DNA from: Trichoplax adhaerens
Taxonomy: Eukaryota; Animalia; Placozoa
Direction of reading: 5' to 3'
Assembly (NCBI RefSeq): GCF_000150275.1
Contig: NW_002060954.1
Span: 1,736,001-1,800,000, forward strand
DNA: 64,000 nucleotides
Both the position numbers and the translations under genes were made by a program. Below the pieces are notes generated by a model. The model was not told where the DNA came from and made no database searches. It saw nothing but the letters and a program-made list of their open reading frames with translations. Positions 14,148-26,615 of the stretch are shown in pieces (position 1 is the first letter of the stretch; each line of letters starts with the position of its first letter).

Positions 14148-15509
14148 CTAATTTAAACTTACATTAACTTCTGTGTCTACGATTTTCTGCTAAAAATTTG
14201 AAATTTCTCATAGTTGTATTACTGTTAAATATTTTTACTCATAGATTTATTTACGTTTGAATGTATTGTAGGTACAGTACTGTGTATACCAATACTGTTC
14301 AGTTGTATATAAACGGTATAGTAGTACGATTTATAATCGAGATTTATTTGCTACAAAATATTGGTAATAACGTTGTTTAAACATCTTTATGTACAGTGAC
14401 ATATATATTTTTTGACGATATGTGTGTATAGTTTAATGGAAAATAATGACGATATATCAGGCACTGGGTTTTATGGTTACCATTGATAAAAATAAAAATA
14501 TATCTAGATTTCGAAATAATGGACATGTTTCTATATCGTTATTCTATTTGACGTATGGAAACACATCATAAAAAACAATTATTGTCTGTACATATATCAT
14601 GCTTTTTAAGCCAGATATCGCTTGAGCTATACAAGCCTAAATTAAATAACTACAAGAATTCCTTTAGGACGCGAACTCTACGCAAGTAAACCGCCTGGTA
14701 AGATGTCTACATGCATGCATTAATTAATACAACACCACTTTAATCTATTCGTATAGAGAGAGTAGTAAAGGTATTGGACATTGGTGCAATCATTAAATCA
14801 GTATACGACCTGCTACTTTATTTTAAGCGCTTGTTATTTCGCAAGCCTGATATCAACATTTATCAATCTCATTACAATACATTCACATATATTGGATTTA
14901 GATTATCAACCTCTTTAATCTACTACAGTTATTCAACTAATGCTTAATTAATACGACACATTAGCTAATACGCAAAAACAAGGCGATCTGTGTAATTAAT
15001 AATGCAATAAGCCAAATTTTGTTATCCTACATCAACTGCTAACTAATTGTAGGTAAACAACGAAAATCGTAGTTGACTTGATAATTACTAATCGATCTTC
15101 CTAGGGCAACCATAACCTAATCATCTAGATTATGAAGTGACTATTTTTAGATCGTGTGAGAATATCTTCAGTTGTTTGCCTTCACTGTTTAGAGGTATTG
15201 TTTGACGTTAGAAATGATACCATTATGCAATATATGCCCTAAAATGTACAATTTTTTTTATCTTAATTTAGATAGTAGCGGTGGATTATAAGGCAAATAA
15301 AACATTATAAACAGCTTTGATTCGTTGACTACAGTAGAGCTAAATATAAATTATACTACGTACAGTACTATAGATTCAATAGAACGAGGTGCCGAGTTTG
15401 ATTACGTATGCATAGCTAATTAGCTTCATTATATTTAGTATCAGCTTCAACCAATCATATGCCTCGAGTAAATGTATATATATATACCTGGTAGAAAAAC
15501 ATTTTTATC

Positions 15510-15910
15510 ACTAACGATGGCTAAATTCAGTCTTCCCCAAGTACCCTTTCCGCCAGTTAACACTGAATGGAAAGGAGTACTGTCTTGGATTCCGATATGA
15601 AACGCTTACTTCGCTTCCTTCGATCGGCCTGGGATTCGTTCTAATCAATGGTGTATTTTTCGGGTGTTATACAATGTTGTACATTAATCTGTCAATACAA
15701 CATGGAACAGATCACTGTCCTTTCAATCGGTTGTAGGTGGCTGCTTCACAGCGATTTCGCCGTCACTCAGCAGAGTGCTAAGAAATAGGAGCAGTTATCC
15801 CTATGACCACTCGCTACTATGCTTATCGCTTCGTTGCTCGCTCTTCTTGTGGCTGTGAAGTTGAGAAGTTTATAGTCAGTGATTGGTCAATTAGATGAAT
15901 TGTCTAGTAG
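15510..15910 (+). ncRNA. Putative structured ncRNA, copy A of an unidentified ~400-nt family
   Basis: Shares CAGCGATTTCGCCGTC (15749-15764), GTGCTAAGAAAYAGGAGC, GACCACT and GTGATTGGTC with copies B and C. Helices covary between copies, the ends pair, and a TATATA run sits at 15475-15486. No shared open ORF. Confidence 0.65.
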
Positions 15911-18050
15911 CTAATTCCTTTAGCTGATGGCAATTTGAGTTATGGTAAGGTAATAGCCGTGCACGATGGATACTAATTAATTTAATTTATTTTGTTGTAC
16001 AGTAGGCTTTCTAAAGCCAAGTGAAGTCAATTTTTTATCTTTAACCAATATGATCAAAAAACATGATATGTAATGGATGATAACGTGGTAATGTATAATA
16101 ATAGTAAGTTCAATAGATTCAACATGTCTTACATAGAGCATTCTGGATATACATTAGCAGTCAAATTGTTTTGCCATGGTTCACTGCTGTAACTGTACAA
16201 TGACAATCTAATTACTCCAAATTAATTCCTTAACAGATATTTCAGCGACTTACAGTGAAATGTAGGCTATTTTAGGTAGTTATAACTCGTCAATTCTTAA
16301 GTAGATCTTCACTATGGTTAAAAGAAGACATATCTTCGTCAGATTGAATGTATTAATACACACAAGTATATGTCTTAATGCCATTATATATATACTAGTC
16401 AATCCTCATGCTCTACACTGTATCGTAATGATAGTTAGCGAATAGCAGTCACTTGTAACATTAAGTATTGTGAAATTATTTATTTGCCAAGCTACTATCT
16501 TTAATGTAGAATCTTTGTACTATTTTAGTGTGATTTTATAGCTGTGCTACTAACCCGCTTGTCACTTATATAATATAATTGGTCTAATAAAATAGATGCA
16601 TAAACTTCAAGTCAATCTAATTTTTTTCCTCATACAGTATTAATAACTTGAGGTCTTGAGGTACTATACCTCTTCCAATTTTAAAATCTCTATGTTTAGT
16701 GAAATTTTGTTTCATCTTTGAAATTCGTTACCAATAAAATGAAAGTTCTTTGTATCGCTTTTATGCATTATTGGTCTTTCCTTTTCTCAGATATTTACAA
16801 GAGCTATAAAGTTGAAAATGTACAATATTATTATTTTAATACTATAGCAGTCTATTATAGTACTACAGCTGTGCCACTGATTGGTGATAACTTAACTAAA
16901 GGTTAGTTCTGCTATGCTGTTGTCACAGAATTGCTATAATACGCAATACTTTGCGAAATTTAATATATTTAAACATTCTTAAGTTAATCAGAATTAACAT
17001 TAAAATCAAATTAACTCAGCTTTGTTACCGTATAGTTTAAGCCAATTTTATAGTTTTTCAAATATTCGATACACGAGTATAAAGTCAGTCTATGCGTATA
17101 TAGCAAAGAAGGTATCATGTTAGTACTTGCATAAAAGCAAGATTTGAGAAATCAAGCTGTAAAATGTAGTTACATAATGAGACGTTCATAGCAGCTTTAT
17201 ACACGCTCACTAACGGAGTCCATTTGATAAAGCTTGCTGTTGCGTAAAAAATTCACTAATACTGAAAATTTTATGCATTTACAACGTATACTGAACTATT
17301 TTATCTGGAAGTACTGTTTTAGATATTTGGATTAAGCTTATATTCAAGATCACAGTATTATAATTGTATCAGACCAAAGAGTTGGTCGATCCTGTATTAC
17401 ATGCTGGGTCTGTCATATTACCTTATGCTGATTGAAATCGCAATGTAATATACTTGAATATGTCTATACGAGTAGTAATGACAATTAAGTATAGCGTACT
17501 TGTAGATGCTTTTAATTTTTCATTCATTGATATTTAATGATCCTATTACTTCTTGATGAACTGACTTGCAGCATAATGTTAGTTTTCACAAGTATAGAGG
17601 ACAATTTTCTGGTTAAAATTAATGAGCTTTATTTTTTAATTCGTCATCATACACATCAAGATAATAACCGTCTACTCTATATCCAATTAATTACAAACAT
17701 AAATAATAACAGCATTAAAACTACAGATAATTTTAATCTTATAACAAAATATAACAGTACGATCATCTCGCTGACAAGACTACGCTCGTCTGTTTATTCC
17801 CGAGAATGTTATGCAATGCAAGGTTAATTTTTGTAAAAAGATGTGATGTCATATCAAGGCCGTAGTTATAATATGCTCAGAATAATTATTAATTATTAAT
17901 TGAGTAACAGAAAAAGAATTCTGTTATTCTATATTTGAAACGTACAACAGCTTCCCCTCAGATATCTGCTGAGGCGTTGTAATGTAAAATCTTTCTAGTT
18001 TACTATTAATTACTCTGCAGAGGCGATAAGCACAGTATGAAGTAAGATTA

Positions 18051-18410
18051 ACAGTGAATTAAGTTTTGTGCTGCAAACTAACTGCTATTCAGACATGTAG
18101 AATATGAGTGGCATCGACAATGAATTAGTGACTACAAATTACGTCGTAACTGCTATTCTCACCAAGCTGATCATTTATTTCCCAAACGCACTAAATAAGT
18201 AGGATCGATGTTGAATTAAGTACTACAAATTGCGTTGCAAGTACTGTACTATTCTCGCTAAACTGGCCGTTCGTTCTTGACAGCGAATTATTTACTGCAA
18301 GTTTAACACTATAAATTACATCACAACTACTATTCTTACTAATATTATCACAGAGGCATTAAAGATCTTTTAAATTTACAATTAAATTATACTGCAACTC
18401 ATTCCAAAGA
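18051..18410. repeat. Degenerate tandem repeat, 4-5 units of ~65-95 bp
   Basis: Recurring GAATTA..(G/C)TACAAATTRCGT..ACTGCTATTCT at ~18051, 18117, 18210, 18281 and weakly 18375. Confidence 0.55.
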
Positions 18411-18544
18411 AGTATCAGCATATTTACAGCCCAAAAAACTAATATAAATCATGCTATAATTGACTCTACTTTGGCAAAAGCATTGAACAAATCTTATCAT
18501 GATACTTACCCATGCTGAAGTTGTTTACTACTGATGCTGTTTTA

Positions 18545-18996
18545 GTTGTAAAATCATCAATACTGTATTAACAACTTCAGATTTGATGGACCAATCACAC
18601 TGTCCTTGGCCATTTCGGTTGCTTTAGATCCACATCAAGTGAATAGCAACCGCATGATAAGTCTAGTAGTAAGTGGTCATAGGGCCAGCCGCTCCTGTTT
18701 CTTAGCACTCTTCACGAGAGACGGCGAAATCGCTGCAGAAGAGCTGTCCTATAACCGGTTGAAAGGTCGATGATCTCCTCCATAGTGTAGCAACAGGCTC
18801 AATTCCACCCGCAATAAATACATCATTGATTGGAATTGAACATCTACCAATTGAAGGAAGCGTTTGCACGTAATGCTACGGAATCGAAGATAGCACCCTT
18901 TTCCAATCGCTACAAGCGAGAGGAAAAGGAGCTTGATGAAGATGAGAATCAAGCATAATCATCACCGCAATAGCTTTCAAGCAAGGATCTTACATT
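18545..18996 (-). ncRNA. Putative structured ncRNA, copy C (most diverged)
   Basis: The reverse strand carries CAGCGATTTCGCCGTC (18735-18720), GTGCTAAGAAACAGGAGC, TATGACCACT and GTGATTGGTC. Hairpin 1 is CCTTTTCC/GGAAAAGG with apical TCGCT/AGCGA. TATAAAA at 19006-19000. Confidence 0.65.
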
Positions 18997-19549
18997 TGCT
19001 TTTATACGAGTACCGATTCGGTCTACTACAATTGTTGAGGTCACATCTGCCTATGATTGATCCTTTGCTATTATCAGGTCTTTGATTATGTTTATGTTTG
19101 TGCAGTACTGTATAATACGATTATCCTAGAGACCCTAGAGAGAAAGAGACCAGACAAGTCTTTGTTTAAAAAGTTTCCATAACTATTATAATTATAATTC
19201 ATCGTATGTAAAACGTTCGAAAACGTTTCTACGACGTTGGCAGATTACTTACGGTGATATACTGATATTACATGGCCGTTACCATGACAATCGACATTGG
19301 TACTACACGATAATAGGTAATCTTTCTAAAAATAGTTCCATATATTAGCTTGTCGAATACGATACAATGGATTTATACCACCGTTTAGGCAGTGTTTAGG
19401 TGGTTGGTTATTGGCATATAAGAGATCAGGTAGCGGACAATACGCTACAGTTGCAATGACATCATCGCCTAAATTTTTCTAAAATTAGCCGAAAATCCTT
19501 TCCATCAATGGTTCGGTCGGCATTCAAGAAAGTATAAATGCAATCAAAT

Positions 19550-19985
19550 TTTCTCGGTTGCTTTACATAACGATGATTGGACTAAGTCTTCGTCAAGCAC
19601 CTTTTCCACCAGTTCAGTCTGAGTGGAAAAGAGTGCTTTCTTGGATTCCATGGGAACTCTCAATGTGCTTACTTCGCTTACTTCGAAATGACGATGGTTT
19701 TCTCTGACGAAGGGTGTATTGCTATCAGTAAGAACTTGCCTGTTAATACACTCTGGAGTCGATCAAAGTCTTTTCATCCGGTCGAAAGAACCTGCTCCAC
19801 AGCGATTTCGCCGTCACTCTATGTGGGTGCTAAGAAATAGGAGCAGTTATTCTGGAGACCACTCGCTACTATATCTTTCACTTCGTTGCTATCCTAAATG
19901 TAATATCATTTTAGAGCAATGAAATTGAAAGGTGATAGTCAGTGATTGGTCACTAAAACGGACAGTTGAACGATGATAAAGTAGG
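19550..19985 (+). ncRNA. Putative structured ncRNA, copy B
   Basis: CAGCGATTTCGCCGTC at 19800-19815, GTGCTAAGAAATAGGAGCAG, GACCACTCGCTACTAT...ATAGTCAGTGATTGGTC. Helix AGGGTGTATTG/TAATACACTCT. TATAAA at 19533-19538. Confidence 0.65.
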
Positions 19986-21722
19986 TAAGGTATTGTCTAA
20001 ATTATAGGAAGTTGAGTTTTTGGTTAAAAAATTACTTCACTATTGCTAGGATCGATGCCATAGCATTAAAGTAATGCACTAAGTTATAGCTATATAAGAA
20101 TTCTAGAATTCTCGCATTGCATCTAATACTACAGCCACAAGACATTTGTCCTCGTCTCTAATACCAAAGTAAAAAGTGTTCTGTCATCTTTATACATATT
20201 CGTTATATTTAATAAATTGTTATATAACACCTCAATTGCTAGTATCCTACTTTTGACGTTACAATGTAGCTTATTCATAGTATTACTGACTATTCTCAAT
20301 CATAGAGCATCTTCTCCTACTATGATTTCCAACTCTTAAAAGTAATTTAAGCTCTTTAAATTAGGAATGAAAGTAACTTCGATATTTTCAGTTTTATTTT
20401 TGTATCTGCATACTGTATAGGTAGTATTTATTAATAACTTTACAAATTATCGAGGTATCTCAATGTATAAATTACCGTTGCTTGTCTCTTGAAGAACAAT
20501 AAAGTATTTGAAAAAAATTTTTATTATCACTGTTTCATTAATTGAATTGCTTTTAAATATTTGACGTGACATAAATAAAAGTAGCAAACTGTAGTAGAGT
20601 TTAGAGCTACGTAGATAGGTAAAATGATGTATGCTACTACAGTCAAAAAACTCTTTGCAACTGAAACAAATTATTGCAGTACTGCAAACTGAAATATTCT
20701 ACTCGGTTAGAACATGTACTCACCACGAGCATATATTACGAGCATAGATTTCATTTCTACATACGAGTAAATTGCAAGGATAAATTTTAATGTATATTAC
20801 CCATAGTATTACTATTCCAAACATGGTCCACTTGCTCTTATACATATTTAGGTTCAAGTTAAACTAGTAACCCTTTTAATTTTCAAAAGCTTAACACAAG
20901 AATACTAGTATTGGGTTATAATAGAAATGTATATTACTAAGCTATTTATGTAGAAAAATGCAAAATTTAGTTGGTATAGCAGATACTATTTGGAAGTATT
21001 AATCGACTGATAAATCAAAAGAGTAAGCTCATTCTATTAAAATAAGTTAGGCGTGCAGCTAATCGCATGCATAATGAAAACTCATAGATATAGAGTATTC
21101 CTAATTTAGAGGGAATACATATCCTGCCGAAATAAAATTTGGTGAACACTTCGAGAGTTGCTTCCTCCTTCAGGGGTATCATATTCTAATCATAAAAAAA
21201 TTAACTACATAGAAGAAAAATGTTTTAGACAAAACGTGCAAAAACTATTCTTTATTTACAATGCGTAAAATACTGCTCAGTACGTAATTTGCGGCTTAGT
21301 GATAGGAATACATTTGAGTACGACCACATTTAACTCTCTATGCAAATGTAACCTTCAGAAATGAAATAGCTTCCTACTGCTAAAATAGTCCCCTTTGTAT
21401 AAATTGGCTACAGACTACTATAACTGTACAAGGAGGTCGTTAACACAAATCTGTCGATTTCAATTAGAAAATTTAGTTCGCAAAGGTTTGACAAAATAGT
21501 TAACACTTGCCTACAAAGCTAACAGATAATTTGCAAATGAAATTCCATCGCTCTTTTTAAACTGTTTAACTACTACTAATTAAATTACATTAAATGTGTA
21601 ACGTATATTTATATGATATCTAGTCCTCTAATAATGGGTATCGATCCATCAAGATATCAAACATTACATGTGGACGACTGTTTAAGATACGATTGTATGT
21701 ACCATTGATAGTGGTCAACTTT

Positions 21723-24700
21723 TTAATTTGTCGTCACTTTAAAACTACTAGATGTTCCATGAAAAGGTTGTTTATCGCCCAGTAGCCCTTTACTATGACC
21801 AAAATGTTGAATTCTATAGGTACCAGCCGGTGTATCTGGTGAGATAGTCCAAGTGATTTTGGCTGTACTTGAGGGATCAAGTATGAATGGCTTGTGCCAA
21901 TAAAATCGTGTATCCCAATCACCATCAGTTAACCGCACATGCCACTTACCATGCTTGTCTTGCGTTTCAACCGTTAAGAATGTTCCTTCAGTCTTACAGT
22001 AGATAAAAAGATGATATCAGAAATTGCCTTCGCGAAGGTCATGTGCTTACTTATTAACGCTAACAATTAGAGAAGTTAGCAATTTAACTACTGGTGATTA
22101 CCATTAAATTGTTTCTGGGATCAGCGGAATAAAATATTACTTCTACCGTTTCATTCTAAAAGTTCATTAACGACAATATTAGCACATACCATGCAACTTT
22201 TATGAGTCGTAGCCTTTATAAATTTTTCTTATGCACATTTATTCAAGTTTAGTAACGTACTGTATAGCAATAAAAATTAAAAACTATACTGAGTAGATGT
22301 GATGTCTAATTCCCTCTGAAAACTTACAACTTTATACTTGGACTTAACATCTTGTTTTACTTGACCAAACTTTTTACCAATCGGGGCTGAATCAAATACA
22401 ACACCAGGAACAAATGATAGCTGCTTTTTTAACAAATTTGGTGGAGTCGGTCCAGGCTTAACAGCTTTACCCTACATCACCATGGTATATATTATGTTAT
22501 GCTATCGAAATGCGAATTTAATTACAGTGATTTCAAGATTACTAACACAAAGCATACCTTAACTAAAGCTTGTGATAACTCAACAAACTTAGAGATATAA
22601 GCCTGCAAGGTATGAGGTCCATAAATTGTAGAAGCTCCTTCATAACGTTGTGCCTAATCATGAATTGCCAAATACAGAACGTAAGAATCATTTATTCATT
22701 GGCTAACAACGTGTTTATTTTTATAGACTCACATGATATTCCTCATACGTAGCGATGTAATCTGCATACGTGTTTGACAATCCAGCAATAACAACAGTGG
22801 TATCATTACCAAAGTGCGCGTCAACAACCTAGCAATAGCAAAAATTTCATTTAATGATAATATCTATTTAAACATATCAATTTATGTAGCTGTTAAACAG
22901 ATCTGCTTACTTTATGAACAGCGTCTCTTACTCGTCGACCAGACATTGTGCTGCATTAAAAAATATTTTTTGAATTATTACTGCTTGTTAGATAAAATGT
23001 CAAGCTATTTAAAAAGTTCCATAAAAATGTAGTATTAAATCATGATCATTGTATAACCCTTGCTACTTACGTAAATTCCCCTGGAACAGCTACAATAACA
23101 AAATTTCCGATTCTTAATACTTGTAAATCCACTATAAAAGGTTGCCATCGGTAGGGAAATTTAATCTAAAAATGAAAAAAAATAAAATGAAGAAGCTTGT
23201 AAAAATCAATAGGGTATGGTGGTCCGTGGAACTTGTGTACCTCTCCTGTATCCAGTAAAATAGGTTTAGGATGTTGACACGCAATCTGTTCTTTAGATGG
23301 TTTTTCTAAAAACTTGACAATAAGGTTCCAAAATTCGTTTCCAGTTGTGCTGCCTAACCAATGATATTAGCGACTGTTATTAATTGAAAATACTATATAG
23401 TCTTTCAATATTTAATAATAAAACTAGCCTTGTTGAAATCCAAACATTCCTGGTCCATCAGTTGTTCCAGCGGCAAAGCTAAAGCCCATAGCTGGTTTGC
23501 AAGTATGAACTTTGGTACCATTCTTTAAAGTTACCGCTACGTTAGTCATATCGACATACATGTGCCGGAAATCAACAGGCCCTGTTACTTTCTTCTTTGC
23601 ACCGTCATACAATTCTTTTGCCTTGCTAAACTGATTGCGACCAATTATCTCGGTACTTTCAAACATATTTGCACCAGGTCCTCTTCCAATACACTTTGTA
23701 TCCTAAATTTACATAATAACTCCAGTTTTTAGTTCGAAGATAAATGAAGTCTCTATTCATACAAAGGCCGAAATGAAATTATGGAATTATAGAATCTGAA
23801 ATAATGTAAGCTAGCCATTGTTATTTCCAACAGATTTCTTGATATTATTACCGAAATAGGACTATTATCAGTTTCGTATTTAATAGAAATTATTTATACA
23901 TTGCTATTGACTCATGCATCAATTTAACCAAACTTACATCGCCATTGCAGGTACTGTGATTTTTATTGCAGGGTTTACCGGAATCGATGCAGAAAGGACC
24001 GCGAGTATTGGGAGATACATCACCCTCGTTGCTTTGGGCAAACGCGGCAACAAAAGATCCCTATAGAAATACATAGTGTATGCTAAACATTTAATATACT
24101 GTACTGTATTAGCTATACTTAAGGCATGATCATATATATTGCACTTGCAACTGCAAATAATATTGATTAGTAGGCAAAGCCGTTAAGACATCAAGAAATT
24201 GATTTATAGGCGCTCGTCTGTATAATTCGTTGTACTGTATTATCTAATAAATATTAGGCAGCATCCTATCGTACAGTATCAGTAACGCAAACTTTCAATC
24301 TTACAAAACTTACTTTCCCGGGGAGAGTACTTTTTCCATTCATTTCCTTTTCAAATAAATAGGAGGCATAACCTTTATTGTCACCGCTGACTAATTCGTT
24401 TGTATTATTCATACTAGTTCCATGAACTGCAAACCAATTAACCATACCAATACCATGGCCTTTAGCATCGGCCATCTTTAGCAAGACCATTTCCTTATCA
24501 ACGTCATACTTGTATCTATTATAAATAATTATTACCGAATTACTACTTAAGTGTCAAGGGATAAGAAATCTTAAACATCATCTTTAAGTAATGAATTATA
24601 ATCATTACGTAATAGAATTCTAACAGTCTCTTATAAAATAGCCTATTCGTGAAGCCGAAAAAATAATTTATTGCAAAGGTGCATCAATGGTATAGAATTC

Positions 24701-26179
24701 ACAGCTAAAAAGTCTTACTTTGCTCTTTCCTTTGGAGGATTAAATAGATAGGCAGATGGACTTCTATTAATGTTACTATTCAATAGTTGTCCCTGATTGA
24801 CGAAGATATTGCCAGGCTTTATATCAGCATGTGCCTTAGCAATACTTTCAACAATTCCATCGACGTAAGCAAAGAGTGTTTGATTAATAAAACCTAATGA
24901 GGTAATGTCAAATAAAACATATTGGAGGAAACCACCGGGACCAGAATGGGTATGGATGCCGCTAATACAAACGTTCTCCTCGGTATACAATTTACCGAAG
25001 CGAGCTTTAAGCTTCTTAACTACCTATATGATATTAAAGTTAACAAAATGACGAAGCTGTTACGTTTAACAAATGTATAATAATAATATCGATTATACAG
25101 TATTGCAAAAATATCATGCAGTTATTATATGAATGTTTTATTGATTCTTCTCGCGAAGGCTTTCATCGCAACAACTGCTTCTACTTTTACCATGCTTAAT
25201 AATTTAACTTAATCTACTTCCAGATAATGAAAATATTATCGTTCTGTGTTAGAGATATGCAAAACTAATAACTATATTATCAGTAGCAATAAATTTATAA
25301 TCCATCAGCGTATAATGATTATAGTTGCTTACCTCTAGCTTAACAATTTGATCCACCATACAAGCGTCAATGCTAACAAATACTATTCTACTTTTATTTT
25401 GCTTGTCATGTATAATAAAAGCTCGGCTGCGTTGACGGAAATGTATACCCTTAGCAGTTTGGGAAGGGTTAGCATAACCCATCTGTTGAAACAATATATG
25501 AGTATTGAATTAGATTCACTTGATATTCGAAAAGTAGCATCAGTAATATAACTAACGAAATAAATATCATTATCAAGGTACTTTAGATAAGATCTATAAG
25601 TAGTGATAGAATATAAGGTAAAAAATGATGAATGCAGAATTTGAATAAGGATAGAATTCAATGATTTGTTTGTGTGCTGCTTAATAATGTCTAACCTATA
25701 GTAGATAGTGACGAGCAGAAGGTATCAGGATACAAACCGTATCAATAATTAAGCAGTATCGCACCGTACAGTCTACATTAAAATCAAGTTTTACGTCCCT
25801 TTAGCAAATCCTAATGATTGAAACATATACTTGTTCACATCTGTACTTTAATGAATGGAATTAATCAAATTTAAATCAATCGGTCGTTATCACTTGTTAT
25901 AGCTTCAATAGGATATTATATACTGTATCGTATCCATTTTCCGTTGCTCGTCACCATCAAGAATTCAGATATTACGTATGGTGTTATCCTTCTTAAGTGC
26001 ATAATAATCACAAGAGTAATCTATCCAATTAATTTAATCTATTTTACCATATTAACATCAGCAGCAGGACCAGTAATATCATGGATGCCACTTCCAATAA
26101 AATATTCTGTGGATTCGCCTCGGATAAGACCGAGGATCGATATAAAAACTAGAAATGAACAAGCCAACACAGTCTTCAT
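21723..26179 (-). CDS. ASAH2: Neutral ceramidase, multi-exon, with signal peptide
   Basis: ATG at 26179: MKTVLACSFLVFISILGLIRG..IGSGIHDITGPAADVNM|MGYANP. Also HTHSGPGG, NWFAVHGTSMNNTN, GDNKGYA, EGDVSPN (neutral ceramidase catalytic motif), SFAAGTTDGPG, YEGASTIYGPHTL, GTYRIQHFG. Confidence 0.95.
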
Positions 26180-26260
26180 CTTGCCAACGATCGTTCGTTT
26201 CCACTTTCACGATCTGCAGGAAATGTTATATTACATAATCTGCATCAACAGTATATGGGG

Positions 26261-26275
26261 TGACGTCTGACGTCA
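26261..26275. promoter_or_regulatory. Tandem CRE-like sites (TGACGTC/TGACGTCA) 5' of the ceramidase gene
   Basis: tgacgtctgacgtca, with a perfect palindrome at 26268-26275, ~90 bp upstream of the ATG. Function is inferred from consensus only. Confidence 0.35.
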
Positions 26276-26339
26276 CGATACAACAACTGACGCTACCACC
26301 AAATGAGCTGATGAACCAGTGACTCAAGAACGTGAACAA

Positions 26340-26615
26340 ACTGCACAGTACAGTAGAGACCCTACAGTATACTGTACTGTACATCCAGCCGATCAAGCCA
26401 TCGAACATCGACAATCGAGTGATGTAAGCGGACTGACGGATCTTGGATGTTAGTCTCGTGATAGTCAGGCCTATATTATTATTATTTATATATATATTTA
26501 TATTATTTATAATTATTGTAGTAACATACAGTACAGTACAGTACAGTACTGTACAGTACTGTACTGTATACTGTATAGTGTACTGTAATCCTTATTACAA
26601 TGTACAGTACTGTAG
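26340..26615. repeat. (CAGTA/TACTG)n pentamer tract upstream of the ceramidase gene
   Basis: catacagtacagtacagtacagtactgtacagtactgtactgtatactgta at ~26525-26575; same motif as the 9.7-10.1 kb tract. Confidence 0.75.

Noticed and set aside
15517-15600. Apparent conserved micropeptide in the three repeat copies (MAKFSLPQVPFPPVNTEWKGVLSWIPI* / MIGLSLRQAPFPPVQSEWKRVLSWIPW.. / MLDSHLHQAPFPLACSDWKRVLSSIP*)
   Set aside because: All three start with an aligned ATG, so it is not fully excluded and Ribo-seq would decide. However, the substitutions are explained by base-pair compensation in hairpin 1, stop positions differ, and downstream conservation continues through frameshifts and stops.
15745-15790. 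Hammerhead-like CTGCTGA..GAAA on the reverse strand, and SRP helix-8-like GAAA..GGAGCAG on the forward strand
   Set aside because: The CUGANGA core is imperfect in A and absent in B and C. The SRP CAGG partner strand and Alu domain are missing.
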